This document shows positions 25,465-35,633 of a stretch of DNA of 64,000 bases, piece after piece (positions within the stretch are counted from its first letter, which is position 1; every line of letters begins with the position of its first letter). The stretch lies in assembly GCA_902476355.1 (NCBI GenBank), contig CABSCS010000003.1:21882-85881 (forward strand), given 5' to 3'. Source of the stretch: an uncultured Eubacteriales bacterium (GTDB lineage: Bacteria; Bacillota; Clostridia; Christensenellales; UBA1242). A program made the position numbers and the translations under genes. The notes below the pieces were generated by a model that had not been told where the DNA came from, did not search any database, and saw nothing but the letters and a program-made list of their open reading frames with translations.

Positions 25465-26823
25465 TTATTCTTTGATTCCGATAAATTCTGCTTCGTAAAT
25501 TTCTTTATCTTTACCGTCGTCATCTTTCTCTCCACGTTCAGCAGGAGTTTTAAGATTGATTCTATAAAGATAGGTTTGTTTTTTAGATGAATCGGTATAC
25601 ATTCCATAAACATAACCATTGTTGATTTCAGGAGCAATCAAATCTGATGCTTCGTCGATTGATGTTGTTGAAAGTTTAGTTTCAACCATTTCATCATCGG
25701 TTGCGTTTTTGAATTTGATTTTGTAAACATTTTTTGAATATAGATAAATCAAATAGTCGCCATCAATACCAATGAATTTTACGTTATCTCCGTTTGAGAA
25801 ATCTGTAATGATTGTTGATTCTTGGGTTCCATTTTTCCAAGAGATTGTGCGAAGTGTGTCGTTATCTACAACCAAAACACTGTTTGCATCATCTTCAAGG
25901 AAAAGGATGTTTTCATAGTTTTTATAGCAAACAACATCTGCAATCTCGAAAGAAAGAGTGTCTTCGCCATTTGTGATTTTTGCAGAATAGATATATGAAT
26001 TCAATGAATATACAAGTCTGCCCGCTCTGATGGTTAAAAGTGTAACACTTTCACCCTCGCTGATTTTTTGCTCACCAGTTCCGTCAGCCTTGATTTTATA
26101 AACTCGAACTCCATGTTGAATTTCGCCATTTTCTTCATATGAAAGTGTAAAGAAAATGTATTGGTCTGCCAAAGAAAGTTCAGTTTTGCTTTCGCCAGCG
26201 TTATCGCTGAAAATTGCACTTTTAACGTTTTCTTTTGTGAAAAGAGTTTGAACTTTGTCGCCAATGCAAATTGATTTCAATGTTGCACTTGTTTTTTCAT
26301 ATACAACAAGGTTAAGATTTTCGCCGTCTTTATAATAGGTATATGTCAAAGTGTCGTCGCTTGATGCTGAAACATAAAGAAGTTGATCTTTATTCTTTTT
26401 AAGGTCATATCTTCTGAACTCAGTTTTTCCAGTAAGCATTTCGCCAGCCTTGTTTTTGTCTCGGCATGGAGTTGAATAATAGAGGAAATCTCCAAAAATA
26501 AAGATTTGTCCGTTTTTGAATCCAACAAGACGATCTACAACTCTTTCATATGAGTCTTTAACAACATTTCCGTTTTCATCAAGTTGTGCTTTATAGATTG
26601 CACCTTGAACAAGTTTTCCTGTGTTGTTATCTTCGTCGTTTGTTTTTGTTCCGTTGATAAAATAAACATATCCATTATATGTTACAGAAACACCACCATT
26701 TGACACAACGCCAGTTGTATCATTTGTTGTTTTGCTTAAATTTGTGTTTCCACATGCAGTGAAAGCAAGCAAACTTACAAAACAGATCATGAATGCAAAG
26801 ATTGATTTTAAAACTTTTTTCAT
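25465..26823 (-). CDS. lipoprotein with beta-propeller-like repeats (DUF5050-like)
   Basis: Signal peptide with lipobox LLAFTAC. Recurrent Y/G-rich repeat blocks (YVYFING, FLYYST, YIFFT). Confidence 0.6.
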   Translation of the reverse strand: MKKVLKSIFAFMICFVSLLAFTACGNTNLSKTTNDTTGVVSNGGVSVTYNGYVYFINGTKTNDEDNNTGKLVQGAIYKAQLDENGNVVKDSYERVVDRLVGFKNGQIFIFGDFLYYSTPCRDKNKAGEMLTGKTEFRRYDLKKNKDQLLYVSASSDDTLTYTYYKDGENLNLVVYEKTSATLKSICIGDKVQTLFTKENVKSAIFSDNAGESKTELSLADQYIFFTLSYEENGEIQHGVRVYKIKADGTGEQKISEGESVTLLTIRAGRLVYSLNSYIYSAKITNGEDTLSFEIADVVCYKNYENILFLEDDANSVLVVDNDTLRTISWKNGTQESTIITDFSNGDNVKFIGIDGDYLIYLYSKNVYKIKFKNATDDEMVETKLSTTSIDEASDLIAPEINNGYVYGMYTDSSKKQTYLYRINLKTPAERGEKDDDGKDKEIYEAEFIGIKE

Positions 26824-26908
26824 TGTAAATTTTCCTTTTAGCCTTATTTAGTACCTAAATAATATTAAACTTCTTTCACCATTTTGTCAACTATAATTTC
26901 AAAATGCA

Positions 26909-27697
26909 TCACACAAAACATATATCTGCGTCTGTTGCACGCCTAAGTTGCAGAAAAATTCCACAATTTGGTTGCTTTTCACATGCAAAAAACTGAAAAG
27001 CACTTTCATTTTCAAGCGAAATGTTTTCAATTTCTCCTTTAAAGCCAATAGTAATTGCAAAAGCGATGTTATTTTTATATACAATGCCAGCAAATCCACA
27101 GTCGTCACCTTCTCCAATTTTAACAAACTTTGAACTTGGAATTTTGTTTTCCAAAGGTTTATAGCGCTTGTTCATCATAAAGATTGTTTGAACTTGTCTT
27201 TTGGTTTGGTCAAAAAACATGTTCTCTTCTTTTTGAAACATTTTGAGCACTATTGAAGAAACAATCAAATTTTTATCAAAACTTGAAAGATATTTTTTTT
27301 GTTTTGAAAGTTCTTGAAACTTGGATATAATCTTTTCATTTTTGGTTTGCATATTTGAAATTGTTCCAATCTTTCCAAATAAAGTTTTTTGATTGTTTTT
27401 AAGCACAAAAAAATATTCATTTTCATTAAAAAAATCGTCATGAAAAATAAATTCTCTTTTCTTTGACAGGTCAAGACAAAAGCATTTTACTTTTAAATAT
27501 ACAAAAAGCCATCCCTGCTTTTCTTTGAAAAGTGAAACACAAAGTTTAACTTTTTCGGCTTCTTTTTTCATTTCAACAAAAGCAACCGGAAGCCCCGAAA
27601 AAGCCAAGTTTTCATATAAAGAAACAATTTTTCTTTCATATTCCATGAAAATATTATATAAAAAAACAACAATCAATATAAAACTGATTGTTGTCAT
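26909..27697 (-). CDS. hypothetical protein (start uncertain: 27697 or 27646)
   Basis: 262-aa ORF. Neither candidate start has a clear RBS. Confidence 0.45.
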   Translation of the reverse strand: MTTISFILIVVFLYNIFMEYERKIVSLYENLAFSGLPVAFVEMKKEAEKVKLCVSLFKEKQGWLFVYLKVKCFCLDLSKKREFIFHDDFFNENEYFFVLKNNQKTLFGKIGTISNMQTKNEKIISKFQELSKQKKYLSSFDKNLIVSSIVLKMFQKEENMFFDQTKRQVQTIFMMNKRYKPLENKIPSSKFVKIGEGDDCGFAGIVYKNNIAFAITIGFKGEIENISLENESAFQFFACEKQPNCGIFLQLRRATDADICFV

Positions 27698-27740
27698 ATT
27701 TTGTATTTTTATTTGGTTTTTTATTTGTTTTTATACAATT

Positions 27741-28532
27741 TTATTTGAAAAGCAAACAATAAATTTCATAAAGACTTGAAACCGAAAGATTGTCGGCACG
27801 GTCTTTTGAAGAAAAATTGCTGTTTTCAAGTTTTTTGTCTATTTCTTCTTTTGAAAGATTATATGCACTTGAAATGTTGTTTGCCAAAGTTTTTCTTTTC
27901 ATTTTGAAAACATTTTGCAAAAACAAAGAAAATTCTTTTTCATATGGATTTTTCTTCAAATCAAAACGAACAATTGCACTGTCAACATTTGGCATTGGTG
28001 TGAACATTTTTCGGTTTACCTGTCTTGTGATTTTTGCCTTTGCATAGGCAGAAACATATGCAGAAAAATAGCCATATGCCGAAGATTTCTCATCTGCAAC
28101 CAAGCGCTCGGCAACTTCTTTTTGAACCATTACAACAACGGTTTCGGGCGCGTGCTCCATTTCAAAAAGTTTTGACAAAATTGGAGTTGTAATATAATAT
28201 GGCAAATTCGCAACAACCTTAAACTTTTCACCAACAAGAGCAAAAATTTCTTTTTCGGAAAAACTTAAAAAGTCACCAAAAACAAACTGAACATTATCCT
28301 TTCCCGCAAATTTTTCATTCAATAGTGGAATAAGTTCTTTGTCAATTTCAAAAGAAACAACCTTTTTTGCATGGCAAGAAAGTGGTTCGGTTAAAGCGCC
28401 AGCACCAGTACCAATTTCCAAAACCACATCATCACTTGTGATTCCCGCATCGTTTACAATGCTTTCAAGCAAATTTTTGTCGGTTAAAAAGTTTTGTCCA
28501 AATTTCTTTTTAAAGTTGTGATTTATTTCCAT
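27741..28532 (-). CDS. rsmA: 16S rRNA (adenine1518/1519-N6)-dimethyltransferase
   Basis: Contains KKKFGQNFLTD and the SAM motif VLEIGTGAGALT. Confidence 0.9.
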   Translation of the reverse strand: MEINHNFKKKFGQNFLTDKNLLESIVNDAGITSDDVVLEIGTGAGALTEPLSCHAKKVVSFEIDKELIPLLNEKFAGKDNVQFVFGDFLSFSEKEIFALVGEKFKVVANLPYYITTPILSKLFEMEHAPETVVVMVQKEVAERLVADEKSSAYGYFSAYVSAYAKAKITRQVNRKMFTPMPNVDSAIVRFDLKKNPYEKEFSLFLQNVFKMKRKTLANNISSAYNLSKEEIDKKLENSNFSSKDRADNLSVSSLYEIYCLLFK

Positions 28533-28533
28533 C

Positions 28534-29301
28534 TTATTCTCTCTTCATCTTTTTATAAACATCATAGGTGTTTTCAATTGTCTGTTTGCAAAATGCATCA
28601 AAGTCCATTTCAAGTTCATCTGCAATTTTTTGTGCGGTATATTTCACCCTTGCAGGCTCGTTATATCTTCCTCTCATTGGTTCGGGTGACAAAAATGGCG
28701 CGTCTGTTTCAACGCAAATGCGATTTACTGGAATGTTTTTAATGAAACTTCTGTCATAATTTTTAAAAGTTGCATTGCCAGCAAACGAAATGTTAAAACC
28801 AAGGTTAAGATATTTTTGAGCATATTCCCCATCTTCGCAAAAACAATGCATCATTGAAGGTTTCACAATGTCTTTTTCGTGTTCTTTCAAAATTTGATAG
28901 GTGTCTTCTGCTGAATCGCGCGAATGAATGCAAACAGGAAGATTGTGCTTCTTTGCAATTTCGATTTGCTTTATGAAAAGTTCTTTTTGCTTGTCTTTAT
29001 TGTCACTTCTTGTGTGATAATCAAGTCCAATTTCACCAATTGCAACAACCTTGTCACTGCTTGCCAAAGAATCTATAATTTCAAGGTCTTTTTCAGTTGA
29101 ATTATTCGCCTCGTCTGGATGAATTCCAACAGAACAATAAATGTTTTCGTGTGTGCTTGCAAAAGCCTCTGCCTCTATTGAACTTTTAGCATCAACCCCA
29201 ATTGTAACAATTTTTTCAAGCCCGTCTTCTTTCATGTTTGAAACGACTTTGTCTGTGTCGATAAAATCATATAAAATGTGGGCATGCGAATCTATAAGCA
29301 T
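28534..29301 (-). CDS. tatD: TatD family metal-dependent hydrolase
   Basis: ATG 29301 follows AAGGAG. Starts MLIDSHAHI, with IGEIGLDYH and CHSRD-type motifs. Confidence 0.85.
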   Translation of the reverse strand: MLIDSHAHILYDFIDTDKVVSNMKEDGLEKIVTIGVDAKSSIEAEAFASTHENIYCSVGIHPDEANNSTEKDLEIIDSLASSDKVVAIGEIGLDYHTRSDNKDKQKELFIKQIEIAKKHNLPVCIHSRDSAEDTYQILKEHEKDIVKPSMMHCFCEDGEYAQKYLNLGFNISFAGNATFKNYDRSFIKNIPVNRICVETDAPFLSPEPMRGRYNEPARVKYTAQKIADELEMDFDAFCKQTIENTYDVYKKMKRE

Positions 29302-29348
29302 TTTCTTTCTCCTTTCATATTTCCGCCATAAAAACCATATCATATAGC

Positions 29349-29939
29349 ATGAACAAAGTTTGGCTTTCTCTTCTTGTTTTGAGCATTGTTGCATTGCTGT
29401 TCGTTGACCCGGGCGGTGTTTTGCTTGGGCTCACAAACGCATCGAACAAAGCAGTTAAACTTTCGCTTGAACTTTGTGCAATTTATGCGGTTTGGATTGG
29501 TATTTTTTCAATCATGGAACAAACTGGAATTTCAAAATGGTTTTCAAAAATTCTTTCACCATTTGTAAACCTTATTTTTGGCAAGAAAAACATTTCTGAA
29601 AAAAGCCGAACCTATATTTCAATGAGCATGAGTGCAAACATGCTTGGCATGGGCGGGGCTGCCACCCCTCTTGGAATAAAGGCCATGGAAAGTTTGCAAG
29701 AGGACAACAAAAACAAAGATGAAGTGTCCTATCCAATGACCATGCTTATTATTATAAGTTCAACAGTTCTTCAATTTTTGCCAACTTCTATCATGGGACT
29801 GATGAGTTCGTCTGGAAGCAAAAATCCAACTTCAATCATTCTTCCCGCAATTTTAACCAGCATTTGTTCATCTGTTGTTGGAATTATTCTTGTGAAACTG
29901 TGGCACCTGATTTCCTCTAAAAGGAAGAAACGCAAATGA
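29349..29939 (+). CDS. spmA: spore maturation protein A (nucleoside-recognition-domain membrane protein)
   Basis: 196 aa with SpmA-like N-terminus and TM pattern. Its stop overlaps the next start as ATGA. Confidence 0.75.
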   Translation: MNKVWLSLLVLSIVALLFVDPGGVLLGLTNASNKAVKLSLELCAIYAVWIGIFSIMEQTGISKWFSKILSPFVNLIFGKKNISEKSRTYISMSMSANMLGMGGAATPLGIKAMESLQEDNKNKDEVSYPMTMLIIISSTVLQFLPTSIMGLMSSSGSKNPTSIILPAILTSICSSVVGIILVKLWHLISSKRKKRK

Positions 29940-30423
29940 GCACATATATCATTCCAATCATTCTTATTCTACTCTTTATTTATTGTTTTGTAACCACTTT
30001 ATTTCGGGCGCAAGAGGCGCGGTTGATCTTTGCATTTCAACCTTTCCATATTTGGTTGCAATTTTCATTGCTGTTGAACTTTTCAAAATCAGCGGACTGA
30101 ACACTCACATTGCAAACTTCGTGCGTCCCGTTTTCAATTTTCTCGGCATTCCAACCGAACTTGTGGACTTTATGATTATTCGTCCATTTTCAGGTTCTGG
30201 AAGCATGGCAATGCTTCGTGAACTTTATGCAACCTATGGCGCAGACAGTTACGTTTCACACTGCGCAAGCGTGATTGTAAGTGCAACTGACACGGTTTTC
30301 TATATCGTTGCGGTATATTTTTCAACCATAAAAGTGAAAAAACTCAAAGCAACCATTCCCCTTGCTCTTATAAGTTGTTTTATTGGAAGTTTGCTTGCAT
30401 GCTTTTTCTGCCGATTTATATAA
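29936..30423 (+). pseudogene. spmB: spore maturation protein B, apparently frameshifted near 29985-29995
   Basis: ATG 29936 gives MSTYIIPIILILLFIYCFV, a typical SpmB first TM helix, but this frame ends at ~30098. The remaining SpmB-like sequence (NHFISGARGAVDLCISTFPYLVAIF...) is in the -1 frame, which is track ORF 29983..30423. Confidence 0.55.
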
Positions 30424-30446
30424 AAAAGCCAGCACAAAATGCTGAC

Positions 30447-31139
30447 TTAAAAACTATCGGTTGAATATTTAAAATCTTCTGCAAAAATTGCCTTTGAGAT
30501 GCGAAGACCTTTTTTGCCATATTTGGTACCCATCATCAGAAAAACCGCCGGTTCTGCCTTTTCGTTTGGATATACAATGCAAAGTTTTTTTGGTTCAATA
30601 TGATGTTTTCGAAAAGCACACATCACATCAACAAGGCGGTCTGCCTTGTGAACAATATAGAACTTTCCGCCATATTTCAAAACTTTTTCGGCGTTTTCCA
30701 AAATCGAATCAAGGTTTGTTTCAATTTCATGGGTTGCAATTGCAATTTCTTGATTGTCGCTGTGGTCGCCACCTTCCATATATGGTGGATTGCAAAACAC
30801 AACATCGGCGAATGCTCTTGGAACAAAATCAAGACACTTTTCAAGCGGTGCATTTATAACTTGAATTTGTTTTTCAAGATTGTTCAGTTCCACCGAGCCC
30901 GCAAACATGTCTGCAAGGCGTTTTTGAATTTCAAAAGCACAAATGCTTGTCGGATTTTGTTTCTTTGAAAGCAAAATGGAAATCACGCCTGAACCGGCAC
31001 AAAATTCAACAACTTTGTCGGTTTTGTGACACTTTATATAGTTTGCAAGAAAAACCGAGTCAGATGTGAAACAATAGCCCTCTGGTGCTTGATAAATTTT
31101 CAGATTTTTAAACCCAAGGTCAAGAATTTCTTGTTTCAT
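30447..31139 (-). CDS. SAM-dependent N6-adenine methyltransferase (TrmN6/YfiC-like)
   Basis: Starts MKQEIL at ATG 31139. Contains FCAGSGV and the NPPY motif (VFCNPPYMEGG). Confidence 0.7.
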   Translation of the reverse strand: MKQEILDLGFKNLKIYQAPEGYCFTSDSVFLANYIKCHKTDKVVEFCAGSGVISILLSKKQNPTSICAFEIQKRLADMFAGSVELNNLEKQIQVINAPLEKCLDFVPRAFADVVFCNPPYMEGGDHSDNQEIAIATHEIETNLDSILENAEKVLKYGGKFYIVHKADRLVDVMCAFRKHHIEPKKLCIVYPNEKAEPAVFLMMGTKYGKKGLRISKAIFAEDFKYSTDSF

Positions 31140-31309
31140 TATTTCGCCTGTGGTGCGCCAACTGGGCAAACTGCTGCGCAAGTTCCGCAAGAAATGCATT
31201 TTGCTGGGTCAATTGTAACTTTTCCGTTCACCATTGAAATTGCCTCAACTGGACAAGAAGCAATGCATGCTCCACATTTAATGCAAGCGTCTGTAATTTG
31301 ATATGCCAT
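31139..31309 (-). CDS. 2x[4Fe-4S] ferredoxin
   Basis: 56 aa, MAYQITDACIKCGACIASCP...CISCGTCAAVCP. GGAGAA RBS. The longer track ORF start is rejected. Confidence 0.85.
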   Translation of the reverse strand: MAYQITDACIKCGACIASCPVEAISMVNGKVTIDPAKCISCGTCAAVCPVGAPQAK

Positions 31310-31328
31310 TTTATTTTTCTCCTGTTTT

Positions 31329-32396
31329 TTATTTTTTGCCAAAATGCCAATGACGTTTTTTGTTTGGCTTTTTGTTTTCGCTTTGTTCTTTATTTTGATT
31401 TTGTGGTTTTTCTCCACCATTTATATTATTGTTAGGCTTTAAATTTTGATTGTTTTGTTTGTTTTCTTCTTTTCTTGTTTTTTCGGTTCTTGCCTTGTCA
31501 TTTTCTTTGACATTTGCTGGTTTTTCTTCAAGAAAAGTTTTTGGTGGTTTATTTTCTTTTGGTTGTTTTTGTTCTTGTTCTTCTTCTGGTTTTTCACCTG
31601 AAAGTTCAACAAGAGTGAAGTCATAAACCGTGAAAGAATCATCACCAGATTGAACTTTTACAGAAACTCTTTCACGCAAAATGTCGTTATAAACAACAGT
31701 TCCTTCACCTTTTGGAGATTGAATTTTGCTGTTCACTTTTGGCATTCTTTTCAAAATTTCTTCATAGGTTTTGTTCTCATATGCCAAGCAACACATAAGT
31801 CTTCCACAAAGCCCAGAAATTTTTGTTGGTGAAAGCGACAAACCTTGATTTTTTGCCATTTTCACTGTCACATGTTCAAAGTCTTTCAAGAACCTTGTGC
31901 AACAGCAAATTTCGCCACAAGGGCCAAGTCCACCTTTAATTTTCACCTCGTCACGTTGACCAACTTGATGAAGTTCAATTCTAACTTTAAGTGCACTTGC
32001 AAGTTCTTTTAAAAGGTCACGAAAATCCACTCTTTCTTCTGCTGAAAATTCAATTACAATTTTGCTTGCATCAAGCGAATATTCAGCTGAAACAATTTTC
32101 ATTTCAAGGTTAAGAGCACGAACTTTTTCACGAATAAGAAAAATGTCTTTTGACGCTTTTTCTTTAAGTTCGGCTTGTTTTTCAAGGTCTTCTTTTGTTG
32201 CTTTTCGAATCACTTTTTTAAGTGGCTCGGAAAGCGTGCTTTCGTCTATATCTTTCAAAAAGGCAACCTCTCCAATGCAAAGCATTGATGCGCTGTCAAC
32301 AACAACTTTGTCTCCCGCTTCAAGAATCAGCAAGCCTGGGTCGAAAGAATATGCCTTTCCGGTTTCTCTAAATTTTATTCCTACTATTTTTTGCAT
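31329..32396 (-). CDS. ricT: PSP1-domain stage 0 sporulation protein RicT (YaaT) with K/E/N-rich C-terminal tail
   Basis: Starts MQKIVGIKFRETGKAYSF. Contains the Cys cluster CGEICCCTRF..CGRLMCCL. The tail is ~90 aa and low-complexity. Confidence 0.8.
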   Translation of the reverse strand: MQKIVGIKFRETGKAYSFDPGLLILEAGDKVVVDSASMLCIGEVAFLKDIDESTLSEPLKKVIRKATKEDLEKQAELKEKASKDIFLIREKVRALNLEMKIVSAEYSLDASKIVIEFSAEERVDFRDLLKELASALKVRIELHQVGQRDEVKIKGGLGPCGEICCCTRFLKDFEHVTVKMAKNQGLSLSPTKISGLCGRLMCCLAYENKTYEEILKRMPKVNSKIQSPKGEGTVVYNDILRERVSVKVQSGDDSFTVYDFTLVELSGEKPEEEQEQKQPKENKPPKTFLEEKPANVKENDKARTEKTRKEENKQNNQNLKPNNNINGGEKPQNQNKEQSENKKPNKKRHWHFGKK

Positions 32397-33352
32397 TTAA
32401 CTTTGGCCTCCACTATTTTAAGCAAAAATTCATCAATAGCCTCGATGCTGTTTGTATTATAAACCAAATCTTCTTTCAGTTGCAAACAATATTCAATGAT
32501 TTTATAAAGTGCAGAAATTGAAAAACCTTCACAAATCAGTTGCATTTGAGAAAGCAAATGGGTGTTTTTCACAAGTTCACTTTGCCCCACTTTCACCATC
32601 ATTAAATCTCTTGCAAGAAGCATGAAAATGTCTGATAACTCTTCTTTGTTCACGTTTTTTTGAGAAAACATGCTTGCAAAGCGAAGAACGTCTCGGCTTG
32701 AATTCATTTCGTAAAGACATTTATAAACATTTTGATAAAGTTCCAAAAACTCTTTGTCTGTTGCCATTTTATATGCCCTGGTGAAAACGCCCGCACTGCA
32801 ACCAGCACAAATTTCAGCAGTTTTTTTGTCTATTCCACTGTTTTCAAGAAGCATTTCAATTTGACGCGAAGAAAGAAGGTCAAGTTCAATTTTCTTTGAA
32901 CGCGACAAAACTGTTTGCAAAAGTTTTCTTTCTGTTTTCGCACACAAAATGAAAAACACGCTTTTTGGTGGCTCTTCAATTGTTTTTAAAAGTTTGTTTT
33001 GTGCTTCTTCTGCCGTGTCGTCAAGATTCAAAAGAACATAAACCTTGAAGTCTTCTTCAAAAGGACGAACAACAACATCACCCGACAAATTGCTTGCCAT
33101 TTCAGTGCTGATTTTTTCGTTTTTCCCCATGATGATAACATCTGGGTGAACTTCTTTTTCAATTCTTGCCTTTGTTTGAGGTTTTTCTTCGGCGCCAAGA
33201 ACAATTTCTGCAACCGCTTTTGCAAAAGCCAAACAATAGTCTTGGTCTTCGCTCACAAACAAATAGGTGTGGCTGAGTTTGTTTTGCTTTTTGTCTTGCA
33301 AAATGATTTGATATGCCTTTGAAGAACTTATAATTTGATTATAATTTGTCAT
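32384..33352 (-). CDS. holB: DNA polymerase III delta' subunit
   Basis: 322 aa. Contains the LSHTYLF block and the clamp-loader SRS-like motif (TVLSRSKKI). holB-ricT synteny is present. Confidence 0.75.
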   Translation of the reverse strand: MTNYNQIISSSKAYQIILQDKKQNKLSHTYLFVSEDQDYCLAFAKAVAEIVLGAEEKPQTKARIEKEVHPDVIIMGKNEKISTEMASNLSGDVVVRPFEEDFKVYVLLNLDDTAEEAQNKLLKTIEEPPKSVFFILCAKTERKLLQTVLSRSKKIELDLLSSRQIEMLLENSGIDKKTAEICAGCSAGVFTRAYKMATDKEFLELYQNVYKCLYEMNSSRDVLRFASMFSQKNVNKEELSDIFMLLARDLMMVKVGQSELVKNTHLLSQMQLICEGFSISALYKIIEYCLQLKEDLVYNTNSIEAIDEFLLKIVEAKVKCKK

Positions 33353-33480
33353 ACTTAAACTTTATCAAAATTGGCATGAAAAGTCAACAAAATCAAAAAC
33401 AAACAACATTTTGAAAGAACTTTTAAAAAAAATTTTTCTTTTCTTTCACACTTTTGACAATTTCAGGCAATTTTTGCATA

Positions 33481-33508
33481 AAAAAACCAGAGCCAAAAAG
33501 GTTCTGGA
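33481..33508 (-). terminator. terminator after greA
   Basis: Minus strand reads CCAGAACC-TTTTT-GGCTCTGG followed by TTTTTTT. Confidence 0.7.
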
Positions 33509-33531
33509 TTCTTATAAATTTTCAAAAAAGA

Positions 33532-33999
33532 CTATTTGATTGAAACGATTTTAACGCTATAACTTCCATTTGGGGTGTTGATAAGAACAGTTTCACCTTT
33601 CTTTTTGTTCAAAAGAGCCTTTCCAATTGGAGACTCATTTGAAATCCAACCTCGGTCTGGGTCGCTTTCAATTGTTCCAACAATTTTATATTCTTCGTTC
33701 TCTTCCATTTCCTCGTCATATACAGTAACGGTTGAACCAACACGAACACGGTCTTTTTTAAGTTCATCATCAGAAACAATAATGCCAAGACGAAGAGTTT
33801 CTTCAATCATGTTGATTTCAGATTCAACTCTGCCTTGTTCAGCGCGGGCTGCATCATATTCTGAATTTTCACTAAGGTCGCCATATTCACGAGCAACTTT
33901 AAGTTTTTCCAAAACCTCTGGGCGACGAACGGTTTTCAAATATTCAAGTCTTTCTTCTTTTTCTTTTTTTCCTGCTTCGGTGATATATATATCTGCCAT
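33532..33999 (-). CDS. greA: transcription elongation factor GreA
   Basis: 155 aa. Contains DLSENSEYDAAR (coiled-coil tip) and is GreA-like throughout. Confidence 0.9.
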   Translation of the reverse strand: MADIYITEAGKKEKEERLEYLKTVRRPEVLEKLKVAREYGDLSENSEYDAARAEQGRVESEINMIEETLRLGIIVSDDELKKDRVRVGSTVTVYDEEMEENEEYKIVGTIESDPDRGWISNESPIGKALLNKKKGETVLINTPNGSYSVKIVSIK

Positions 34000-34211
34000 A
34001 ATAGCCTCCTAAACCAATGTGATTTATTATATGCATACCATCAAAAAATCATTCAATTTTTCATAAAAATCTTACACATTTTTTCACACTGTTTTTCAAA
34101 CATACGAACATTATAAATATTTCTAAAATTTTGTCAATCATTTAAAAAATATTTTTCAAAAGGTTGCTTTGTTTGCTCGGCTTTGATAAAATGTTTGCAA
34201 AGGAAAAAAAT

Positions 34212-34472
34212 ATGATCAGAATATGGGCAAAGATATATAAAAACAATCGCATTGTTAAAGACACAATCTATGAAAGCATAGACAATTTTCACAAGGAAAC
34301 TTTCTATGTTCACGTTCAAGAACTTTGCCACAAACTTGACATTCCAACCCCACTGATTTTGAACTATCACATTTCAAGTTACATTGAATTTAATCGTTGC
34401 ATTTTCAAACCAGCCGACTTTGTTGAACAAGTTCATTTCGACAAACTTGTGCTTGAAGAAGCCAGCCTTTAA
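34212..34472 (+). CDS. hypothetical small protein
   Basis: Starts MIRIWAKIYKNNRI after an AAGGAAAAA RBS. 86 aa. The terminator AGCAC-TTTAAT-GTGCT plus a T-run lies at 34480..34503. Confidence 0.5.
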   Translation: MIRIWAKIYKNNRIVKDTIYESIDNFHKETFYVHVQELCHKLDIPTPLILNYHISSYIEFNRCIFKPADFVEQVHFDKLVLEEASL

Positions 34473-34549
34473 AATAAAAAGCACTTTAATGTGCTTTTTT
34501 TTTGTGCAAAATAAAAACCCACCAATTGGTGAGTTTTATTTTTTTTGTT

Positions 34550-35500
34550 TTATTTGTTATTGTTGATGAGATTTGTCCAATAGGCATATTGTTCTTCTGA
34601 AATTGTTCCGTTTTCTTTTGCAGTGTCAAGATGAGTTTTAAGAAGTGCTTCTGCATTTGCAACTTCTATTTTATAGGTTTCAATAAGAGCATCTTTATGT
34701 TCTTTCATTGCTTTTTTAGCAGCGGCAATTTCATCTTTTCTTTCTTTCAAAAATTCGTCGATTTTGTCGTTAAGTTGCTTTTTACATTTTGCATATTGGT
34801 CTTTAATTTCTTTTGAAACATAGTCTCCACATTTTTTCATTGTTTCTTCAAGTTTTTCCATTTCCAAACGAATTGCGTCGATTGCATCCAAAATTGCTCT
34901 ATTAAAACTGCTTTGAATTGCATCGATTTGGTCGAAAGCAAGATCTTTATAGTCTTTTTGCTTTTTGTCGATAAGTTCAATAAGTTCTGCATCGGTCATT
35001 TTTGAAATTGCATCTTTTGAAAGTTCAGGAGCCAAAACTTGTGCTGTTCCAACAAGAGCAGCGTGTTTTACTTCGGCAGAAACTTCATTGATTTTCACCA
35101 TAACTTCAACGCCAAGTTTTTCAAAAACTTCTTTTGCTTTTGCCTCGGCAATGTTTTTGAGTTCTTCAATGTCTTCACCAGTAAATTCGAAAGTGATTTC
35201 ATCGCCAGAAAGGTTAATGTGACCGCTGATTGCGCTTTGTTCAATCACAATTTGAATTGCATAAGAAGCATCTTTTCCAACAAAGTTCACATTTGCAAAA
35301 ATTGTTCCAGCGTCGCTGTTGCCATATGAAATGCTTGTAACTTTATTGTTTGCATCAAGTGAAAATGTAATTTCTGGGTTGATGCTTGTTTTCATTGTTT
35401 TGTTTGCAGTTGTCTCTTTAGGTTTGCAAGCAACAAAACCAAGCATGCAAGGAATGATCAAACAAACTGCAACAAGAAATGTTAAAATTTTCTTTTTCAT
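34550..35500 (-). CDS. lipoprotein with coiled-coil C-terminal half
   Basis: Signal peptide with lipobox LGFVAC. 316 aa. A terminator hairpin (CTCACCAATTGGTGGG plus a T-run) lies downstream at ~34513..34545. Confidence 0.65.
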   Translation of the reverse strand: MKKKILTFLVAVCLIIPCMLGFVACKPKETTANKTMKTSINPEITFSLDANNKVTSISYGNSDAGTIFANVNFVGKDASYAIQIVIEQSAISGHINLSGDEITFEFTGEDIEELKNIAEAKAKEVFEKLGVEVMVKINEVSAEVKHAALVGTAQVLAPELSKDAISKMTDAELIELIDKKQKDYKDLAFDQIDAIQSSFNRAILDAIDAIRLEMEKLEETMKKCGDYVSKEIKDQYAKCKKQLNDKIDEFLKERKDEIAAAKKAMKEHKDALIETYKIEVANAEALLKTHLDTAKENGTISEEQYAYWTNLINNNK

Positions 35501-35597
35501 GTTATCTTCCCTCCTTTTGTTATTGATATATTACAATATTCAAAATATTTTTGACAAGCAAATTGCACCACATTTTCATTTTTAGAAAAAATCACCA

Positions 35598-35624
35598 AAA
35601 AATAAAAGCCCACAAATGTGGGCA
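35598..35624 (-). terminator. terminator (bidirectional hairpin)
   Basis: GCCCACAAATGTGGGC flanked by A/T runs. Confidence 0.65.
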
Positions 35625-35633
35625 TTTTTTATT

